From contig DHSL01000025.1 of NCBI GenBank assembly GCA_002411345.1, positions 926-64,925 of the forward strand: a stretch of DNA of 64,000 bases. The letters run 5' to 3'. This DNA is from Bacteroidales bacterium UBA5287 (GTDB taxonomy: Bacteria; Bacteroidota; Bacteroidia; Bacteroidales; Dysgonomonadaceae). The first letter of the stretch is position 1. Each line of letters starts with the position of its first letter. Below the pieces are notes generated by a model, which saw only the letters and a list, made by a program, of their open reading frames with translations, made no database searches and was not told where the DNA came from. Position numbers and translations under genes: made by a program. Positions 31,924 to 38,865 of the stretch are shown in pieces.

Positions 31924-33240
31924 TTATTTAAATTCTTTAATTCCTGGTATTGCTATTGGTAAATCATATTGAGTATCAAAGGACATATTTTCCGGGAATA
32001 ACATCTCTGTTGAATTCATTGCCTGATCAAAAGTAATAGTCTGACCTGAATAGGCAGCCATTCTTCCTGCAATTGCCAACATATTTGAACGCGTCATCCA
32101 TTCTCCATCGTTCATTGGCTTGTTTGCTCTAATAGATGCAAAAAGCTCATCGTGTTCAACTTGATACATGCCTCTTACTTTTGTTTGCTTATAAGCTTCT
32201 GCATCTGTAAACTTTGTTTCATCAGCATATTTCCAAGCATTTTTACCTGTAATTATATGATCGCCAGTACGACAATCAACATAGCATCTTCCATCCTGTC
32301 CGGCTAATTCTACAGCATATGAAGGTGACGTTCCTTCTTGTTGACGGCAAAACATATAGATTTTTGCACCATCAGCATATTCGTACGTAATTCCAAAATG
32401 ATCAAAGACATTGCCATATTTTGGATCTATTCTCTTTTGTCTTCCTCCTGTTCCACTAATCTTCAATGGTGCTTTATCTCCCATTGCCCAGGAAAACATA
32501 TCTATACTATGAATGGCCTGTTCAACAATATGATCGCCAGACATCCAGCTATAATAGAGCCAATTACGAAGTTTATACTCCATATCTGACCATCCTTTCT
32601 GACGTTCTTTATACCATAATTCACTTGTATTATATGTTGCTTCTCCTCCAATAATATTACCAATCTGTCCATCTAATACTCGACCGAAAACTTCCCTTTT
32701 TGGTTGATGGTATCTCCAACAGAACCCAGATACTAATGAAAGATTCTTAGATTTGGCTTTTTTAGCTGCCTCCATTACTCTACGTAAACCGGGGGCGTCT
32801 ACTGCAAAGGGTTTTTCACAGAAAATATGTTTATTTGCATTTACTGCAGCTTCTAAATGTAAAGGTCGGAAACATGGAGGAGCTGCCAAAAGTACAACAT
32901 CAACATCAGAATCAATAAGTTTTTGGTAAGCATCAAGGCCAACAAATTTATTGCTGTCAGAAACTTGAATTTTATTACCATACTTTTCTTTTAATGAATT
33001 GTAGGAACTATTCAAATGATCTTCAAATGCATCTGCCATTGCTGTTAAAACAACATTTGGGTCAGCATTTAACGCTTCACCTGCTGCACCTGTACCTCTG
33101 CCTCCGCAACCTATAAGTCCCACTTTCAAAGTGTTACTATTAGATGTCCACATAGTTGATCCAAATGATGGTGATGTAATAACAGTGCCTAATGTGGCTA
33201 ATCCTGCTGTCTTGATAAATTGTCTTCTGGAATAAGTCAT
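31924..33240 (-). CDS. Tat-exported Gfo/Idh/MocA family oxidoreductase (paralog B)
   Basis: The track ORF extends to 33348. The internal ATG at 33240 gives [23 protein letters not shown] (twin-arginine signal). [25 protein letters not shown]. It is alignable block by block with paralog A. A 5-nt gap separates it from the downstream TIM-barrel gene. Confidence 0.8.
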   Translation of the reverse strand: [438 protein letters not shown]

Positions 33241-33325
33241 TGTAATTAGTTTAAATATTATTAATTGTTTAACTTGTATTGTGTTGTTAGCAAATAAAGG
33301 TATTGTATCAATAAAGGTGCAAATG

Positions 33326-33333
33326 CAAAAATA
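33326..33333 (-). promoter_or_regulatory. candidate -7 box (TATTTTTG on minus strand) for the Gfo-B / TIM-barrel pair
   Basis: Plus-strand CAAAAATA, 86 nt upstream of the ATG at 33240 and just downstream of the tRNA-Ser 3' end. It lies inside the rejected N-terminal extension. Confidence 0.35.
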
Positions 33334-33354
33334 TATACTTTCTCCCAAATTAAG

Positions 33355-33441
33355 CGGAAAGCGAGGGATTCGAACCCCCGGTACAGTTGCCCGTACACTT
33401 GATTTCGAGTCAAGCCCGATCGACCACTCCGGCAGCTTTCC
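33355..33441 (-). tRNA. tRNA-Ser (anticodon CGA)
   Basis: Reverse complement: GGAAAGCTGCCGGAGTGGTCGATCGGGCTTGACTCGAAATCAAGTGTACGGGCAACTGTACCGGGGGTTCGAATCCCTCGCTTTCCG. Acceptor GGAAAGC/GCTTTCC, anticodon arm CTTGA-CTCGAAA-TCAAG, long variable arm, GTTCGAATC T-loop. No CCA is encoded. Confidence 0.9.
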
Positions 33442-33455
33442 CTATAAAGATCATA

Positions 33456-33463
33456 CAAAGTTA
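33456..33463 (-). promoter_or_regulatory. candidate -7 box (TAACTTTG on minus strand) for tRNA-Ser
   Basis: Plus-strand CAAAGTTA, 15 nt upstream of the tRNA 5' end. Confidence 0.5.
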
Positions 33464-33541
33464 TTAAAATCGTTATTATTAAAGAGAAAAACCGAGAATT
33501 AATTAATTAGTTCATGTTAGAGTATATCTAATAAAAGTCTA

Positions 33542-35611
33542 TTATTTCAACTTAAGAATCGCCTCTTCCGTTGCTTTTAGCAAAGGCTCTATATCAATTG
33601 GTTTTCCGACAGCGTTCTTCATCCAAATCTGTGGAATTATTCGTCCCTGTAAGTACATTCGTTCGAATTCTTCAGCCAAGTTCTTCCCTTCTACTTGTTG
33701 TTCAACCTGAAAACTGATCAAGTGACCAATAGGATAATTTGAAAGATACAAAGGATTGTCGATCATATGCGAATAAATAGCCAGAAGAGGTTCATCTTTT
33801 CCACCCAGAACATCCGAATAATACTTATTCCAAACATCTGTTGCTATACTTATTATTGCCGACTTCAATTCTGCCGGGTTAGCATTAGGATTAGCGTACA
33901 TCCACTCCCATACCTGCATGTCAACTAAAGATACACCCATTATTTCATAGCACCCCCAGAAAGCATCCAGTACTTCGTTATATTTATCCGCAAGGTTTGG
34001 TTGTTTAACTCCAAGTAATTCCAGATCGCGATTTTGAAAAATAAAAGCCACTGCTTCTGTAAACGCCGTATTTGGAACACCGTTAAGCATATAGTAGTCA
34101 ACATCGTTCATTGTTTGTGTCTGTTCAACACAATGTCCGAATTCATGAACAGCAATGTTGTAACCTTTGTAATCCATACCCTTTTCGCCAATTCTTGTTC
34201 TAAGGTGAGCAACATCATTTCTCATTGCAGCACCCCAAGCATGACCAGCGCCACGCGAAGCATCCACTTCGATGAGAGAGCTGATTTGTTTTGCTTTTTC
34301 CGGTTTCCAGCCCAATTTTACAAGTATATTAGGTAAATCAGCTTTCACAGCTTTTTCGTCAGGATATTTAGCTGTTGTTATTGCCGTCAATTGATCTTCA
34401 GAAATTCCTCCCCTTCCTTTGAACCCATTATACCAAATATCAAACGGTTCCAATTTACGACCCAGGCTTTTCTCTATTAAAGCAGCCACCTCTTTCACCT
34501 GTGGAGAAGACACAAATTTCTCAAAAAGCATTTTAACGTCCGCTTGAGGAATTTCCATACCCTCTTCAAAAGCCCTTAATAAATAAGTCGAATTGTTTGG
34601 ATAATAGACGTCCGAATTCTTTAAAGCATTATAATTAGCCAGTAAGACTTTATATCTTTTATCCGGTTCCGGATTAGCAGTCACCTCATTTCCATTATCA
34701 TACAACTTGTTAGTTTGAGGATTCCATGTATACTTATCACTATTGATAACCTCCTGTGGAATAGACTGATCAATGATTCGTTTCATAACAGAATAGATCA
34801 TGCGTTGTTTTGCCAATCCGTTTTCTACATCAGCATAATCAGATTTCAATTCGTCTCGCAGTCCCCAATGAGTAATCAGCTTCAAGTCTTTTTGGAAGAG
34901 CGTTTTAGCATCATCTGTAAGCAAGTTACCCATATAAATATTATAATCAGATATATAAGCGTCAGCTTCGGTAAGCGTTTTCGATATATTCTGTTGAATA
35001 TCAGCGGGAATTCGAGCAGTAAAACGATCACCCATTCGTGCGTAAGCCCATTCCTTTCTTGACCATTTTTCTCCCAATTCAGTCTTTTCTTTCAACGAAT
35101 AATAAGGGAAATTCAATGCAGTAATAAAAGCCACTTTGTTCTTATACAAATCATCATTCAAGTGTGCTGAAACGTCATAACTACCAAACATCATATCAAT
35201 TGGTGTTGCATCAGGACCCATAAGCTGCAAAGGCTCTTTCAGCAGTACGTCCATTTTATGGAAATATCCAAAGAATATCTCTGTATTTCTTTCCAATTTG
35301 GAATACAACGTAAACAATTCAGTTGAGTCAGCAACAAAGTTCGACTTACAAAAATCGATGAAGTCATTTGTTGCTCCATCACTTTCCTGCCACAATCCAG
35401 CAACTTGTTGAACACCCCGTTCAATTCTGAATGCAGCATTTTCACCCAAAGAATCTTTGAGTTGATTAATTACTTCATTAGTAATATTTTCAGGAATATA
35501 CATAATCCGTTTGTTATTTACTTTATCATTTGAATCTGTAGATTTGCATGCGACAAGACCCACCAATAAAAGCACCGTAAGTAGTTGTGATAATGACTTT
35601 TTCATAGACAT
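33542..35611 (-). CDS. lipoprotein, putative zinc metallopeptidase (gluzincin, M3-like)
   Basis: 689 aa. Lipobox LLLVGLVAC. A single HExxH motif, AVHEFGHCVEQ, has a candidate third-ligand Glu about 25 residues downstream (FTEAVAF), as in M3-type oligopeptidases. Confidence 0.55.
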   Translation of the reverse strand: MSMKKSLSQLLTVLLLVGLVACKSTDSNDKVNNKRIMYIPENITNEVINQLKDSLGENAAFRIERGVQQVAGLWQESDGATNDFIDFCKSNFVADSTELFTLYSKLERNTEIFFGYFHKMDVLLKEPLQLMGPDATPIDMMFGSYDVSAHLNDDLYKNKVAFITALNFPYYSLKEKTELGEKWSRKEWAYARMGDRFTARIPADIQQNISKTLTEADAYISDYNIYMGNLLTDDAKTLFQKDLKLITHWGLRDELKSDYADVENGLAKQRMIYSVMKRIIDQSIPQEVINSDKYTWNPQTNKLYDNGNEVTANPEPDKRYKVLLANYNALKNSDVYYPNNSTYLLRAFEEGMEIPQADVKMLFEKFVSSPQVKEVAALIEKSLGRKLEPFDIWYNGFKGRGGISEDQLTAITTAKYPDEKAVKADLPNILVKLGWKPEKAKQISSLIEVDASRGAGHAWGAAMRNDVAHLRTRIGEKGMDYKGYNIAVHEFGHCVEQTQTMNDVDYYMLNGVPNTAFTEAVAFIFQNRDLELLGVKQPNLADKYNEVLDAFWGCYEIMGVSLVDMQVWEWMYANPNANPAELKSAIISIATDVWNKYYSDVLGGKDEPLLAIYSHMIDNPLYLSNYPIGHLISFQVEQQVEGKNLAEEFERMYLQGRIIPQIWMKNAVGKPIDIEPLLKATEEAILKLK

Positions 35612-35616
35612 GAAAT

Positions 35617-36942
35617 TTATTTAAGCAATGAATAACAAAGATAATCTTTATTTGTAATAAGTGCGTAAGCTATATATCGGGTATTTTCATTTACGGGATT
35701 AAGAGGAAGAAACCCCTTCACAACTTTCCCATCAATTATTTCAAGAGGATGCTCTAATTTATTCTTTAGTTCAAAGCTTAGAGCATCATTAGAGCTTTTG
35801 AAATAAGCGATATTGAAATGACCCATTGAATTTTCACCGACAAATTGTTCATTAATTCGATGAGCCACCAATCCCATATTCATACGCAGATTCACTTCCA
35901 GACAAGGATGAACACAATATGATTCTCCAATTTTACACACCATCATATCCACACCCAGATATCCGTTATAATTGGGAAAGTGCTTTACAAGTTCAAGTTC
36001 CACCGACTCTCTGAGCGCATGTAACTCGTTGATTGGCAAGAATTCAGAAAGAGTCTGTTCAATGCAGAGATCAGATATCAATTGATTTCCCGCGTACGCC
36101 CCAGATGAAGCAGAGTTAAACAACGAATACCCCTCGAATGTAATATTTGCATTATGGATAAAAAACTCCATTGCAAAATCCTGAACACGGTTGAAAGCAG
36201 GTTCTGCAACCACTCCACCCTGATTAAGAATTACCCTTCGGCACCAATCCGTTTGTTTGTCGGTAATACCATTTTTAATCCAGACTAGTCCTTTTCCACT
36301 ACCCGATAAAGGCATTTTCAGTACACAATCTCCGCTTTGTTTAGACAAATATAAAAGCACCTCATTCACATCCCTGAAATAGTGAGGACTTCCACAAAAA
36401 AGCAAGTTTTGACTTGATAAAGAGCCATTTATATTGTTTTCCGAATCAGATAAAATCCCTGCCCGATACGAGTTTTCACCTAAAAATAACCTATGGAAAT
36501 GACTTTCATCATCACGCGGAATCACCGACGTATTTGAGTATTTACTCATCAATGAATTATGGATCTTTACAGCGTTCAATCTATTAGAGTAATCACGTAT
36601 AGTTTGAAGATACTGTTTTGTCGCAACCGTCTGCTCCTCAACCCCAAGGTTGAGTAATCGTTTTCTCAACGTAGGATTCCATCCCCAAGGAAAGATCGGT
36701 TTATCCCAGTCGGCGATCTCCGATGAATTCACAATCTTTATATCCATGAGGAGCAGACCATTCATTCGGCTTAGGAAATCCCCATCCAATGGATTATCAG
36801 AAAGGACAAGACTATTTGAAGGCGCATACCAAGCAGGCAAAACCGACAAATCCCATCCCAGCCTTCTGGCAGATTCCGGAGGCATGTAATGCTCCCCAAA
36901 ATTTGCCAGTGCCAAATCATTCTCCGGATTAAACAGAAACAT
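35617..36942 (-). CDS. conserved hypothetical cytoplasmic protein (weak ATP-grasp-like hints)
   Basis: 441-aa ORF with no signal peptide. A 5-nt gap separates it from the downstream gene. The blocks VLKMPLSGSGKGLVWI and GYLGVDMMV are reminiscent of ATP-grasp nucleotide-binding strands. No family is recognised with confidence. Confidence 0.5.
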   Translation of the reverse strand: MFLFNPENDLALANFGEHYMPPESARRLGWDLSVLPAWYAPSNSLVLSDNPLDGDFLSRMNGLLLMDIKIVNSSEIADWDKPIFPWGWNPTLRKRLLNLGVEEQTVATKQYLQTIRDYSNRLNAVKIHNSLMSKYSNTSVIPRDDESHFHRLFLGENSYRAGILSDSENNINGSLSSQNLLFCGSPHYFRDVNEVLLYLSKQSGDCVLKMPLSGSGKGLVWIKNGITDKQTDWCRRVILNQGGVVAEPAFNRVQDFAMEFFIHNANITFEGYSLFNSASSGAYAGNQLISDLCIEQTLSEFLPINELHALRESVELELVKHFPNYNGYLGVDMMVCKIGESYCVHPCLEVNLRMNMGLVAHRINEQFVGENSMGHFNIAYFKSSNDALSFELKNKLEHPLEIIDGKVVKGFLPLNPVNENTRYIAYALITNKDYLCYSLLK

Positions 36943-36975
36943 TAACCCTTCAGTTTAAAGTAAAGATTGTGATCC

Positions 36976-38742
36976 TCAACGTGATAATTCGATCAGCAGA
37001 TCTTTACCCTGGTTAAGTAAATCATTATAATTCTCTGTACGTTCTACAAAGTTGAATTGATCAACCATTTGATTCAGTTTCACCAATTTTTGTCGACCAG
37101 CTTCAGACGAATCAATCATAAATTGTTCACGAAGCAAGCGAATTTTCTCAGCATCCTGAATACCTTCGCGTAAACGTTCAAAACGAATTGAGCTCCGTCC
37201 CTCAGGATAAACGACATACGTATCTCCCGCAGGCCAAGTACGGAATCTGGAATCCACAAACGGATCTTTCACCCAGCTATCGTAAGCCCAACGCAAAAAC
37301 CCATCGAATCCGGCAGCCCTTGTGTACCAGCCAATAAAAGCAGCCTCAGCAGGATCAGAAAAAGTAAAAGTATTTGGGAATTCATCACCACAGCAAACAT
37401 ACCAAGTAGTAACATAACCCTTTTCTTTTCTGTACAAGCGATCCGCCTCATCAACCACAGCACCGCGTGCGACGCATAAATCTTTCAGTTGATCAGGATA
37501 TAATTTATAACTCTTGTGATTATCAGCCAGAGCTACCCCCATTCCCGGAGATGTTTCTTCCAGCAGTTTCAGCATCGCCTTCATTTCCGCAGGTGCCCTT
37601 TCGTCCATTGCGATATGAGTAATATCCTTCCAACCTTTTTCCTCCAAGTGTTTTACGAAATCTTTAAGGAAAGGCTTCCACAAATCAGCATATTCTTTTG
37701 TTCCCGGTGCAGCCCCAACTTTTACTTCTTGACCTGTTTTTTCATCAAGATAATAAACAAAATTACCCCAAGGCACCATTGAGTAGCAATTAATCTGGTC
37801 CTTTATTCCCAGATCCATCATAAACTGCACCCAGTTATCAAATACCGTATAATTGTAGTTCCAGGTTCCATCAGTCTTTTTAGTCCATTCGATCATACTA
37901 CCATACGGATCTTCAGTCTGTCCGTTCCATGGATCTTTGTTAAGCGTTGCCGTAATTACTTTTTGTCCCGCGTTCGCAAGTAATTCCATTACAGGTTTCA
38001 GCGCAGCCCAATGCTGTTCCGACCAAGGTTCAACCCCCGCGATTCTTGCTGTAGCATACGGATTTTGCCATAAATCGAGATGAAACTCCCAATCAGCAGC
38101 CGGAGGCAGTGTTTTTGGCAACACCTCCAATTTAAGAGAAATAGTTTCCTTTTTCTTCCCATTTGCAAACACCTGTAAATTAGAAGAATAAGTTCCAACC
38201 GCAGCATCAGCAGGCACATCAATAGTCACCCATACCGGTCTCGTTGAATTAGGAGAGACAGAAAAACACGAAATATTATCCAGCGCATCAGCGCTCAGGG
38301 AGCTTGCAAAATCCTCAGGTTTTCTGTGTCCACAGCCACCTGCGAACTCATCTGTTAACACATAACGTACGAATCTTGCATAAGCATTTTGTGTAGCGAT
38401 TTTATCACCATTTGGCGACACAAAGTCATCAAATTCAACCTTTACATTAGGCACACTATCTTTAGTCCAGATTACAAACTGCATTGAAACCCTTTCGCCC
38501 TTCCAAGCAGCGCCAGTCCATTCTTTGCTATTATTCACTTCCGGTATTTCGTCCCGTTCGTATTTTCTGTCGATACTTCCAACCGACACATGCATTCCCT
38601 TCTCAACCGCGTTCCAGTCGGACTTTACCGTATCGGGATTATTTGCTTCTGCATAAGTTTGGCACGTATCAGTACTGCCTTTTTTGTTAGCGCATCCCGT
38701 CATAAGCAGGATGGAAATTAGGATAAGTAATAATTTGTTCAT
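36976..38742 (-). CDS. lipoprotein, DUF4091 / GH123-like domain protein
   Basis: The track ORF extends to 38799. The ATG at 38742 gives MNKLLLILISILLMTGC (lipobox), and a -7 box lies inside the rejected extension. The block EFHLDLWQNPYA and overall size fit my recollection of DUF4091 proteins. Assigned from memory only. Confidence 0.55.
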   Translation of the reverse strand: MNKLLLILISILLMTGCANKKGSTDTCQTYAEANNPDTVKSDWNAVEKGMHVSVGSIDRKYERDEIPEVNNSKEWTGAAWKGERVSMQFVIWTKDSVPNVKVEFDDFVSPNGDKIATQNAYARFVRYVLTDEFAGGCGHRKPEDFASSLSADALDNISCFSVSPNSTRPVWVTIDVPADAAVGTYSSNLQVFANGKKKETISLKLEVLPKTLPPAADWEFHLDLWQNPYATARIAGVEPWSEQHWAALKPVMELLANAGQKVITATLNKDPWNGQTEDPYGSMIEWTKKTDGTWNYNYTVFDNWVQFMMDLGIKDQINCYSMVPWGNFVYYLDEKTGQEVKVGAAPGTKEYADLWKPFLKDFVKHLEEKGWKDITHIAMDERAPAEMKAMLKLLEETSPGMGVALADNHKSYKLYPDQLKDLCVARGAVVDEADRLYRKEKGYVTTWYVCCGDEFPNTFTFSDPAEAAFIGWYTRAAGFDGFLRWAYDSWVKDPFVDSRFRTWPAGDTYVVYPEGRSSIRFERLREGIQDAEKIRLLREQFMIDSSEAGRQKLVKLNQMVDQFNFVERTENYNDLLNQGKDLLIELSR

Positions 38743-38769
38743 GAACAATGTGGATTTATGTTTAATGGG

Positions 38770-38777
38770 CAAATATA
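38770..38777 (-). promoter_or_regulatory. candidate -7 box (TATATTTG on minus strand) for the DUF4091 operon
   Basis: Plus-strand CAAATATA, 28 nt upstream of the ATG at 38742. Confidence 0.45.
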
Positions 38778-38865
38778 ACGAAAAAAAGGGAATATCCATT
38801 TAGGCGATTCATATTAGAAGAATAGAGAATGAATCACCACAAAAAGACATTCACGATTTTTCAAA

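Noticed and set aside
33241-33348. N-terminal extensions in the ORF track: 33348 for Gfo-B, 38799 for DUF4091, 51242 for S8, TTG 5592 for the GH106-like gene and TTG 29489 for Gfo-A.
   Set aside because: In each case a downstream ATG yields a canonical Tat, Sec or lipoprotein signal at the very N-terminus. The extensions overlap upstream genes, promoter boxes or a terminator.
33261-33502. Track ORFs 33261-33458 (-) and 33281-33502 (+), plus 41901-42092 (+).
   Set aside because: They overlap tRNA-Ser and tRNA-Gly, and their sequences are simply translated tRNA and flanks.
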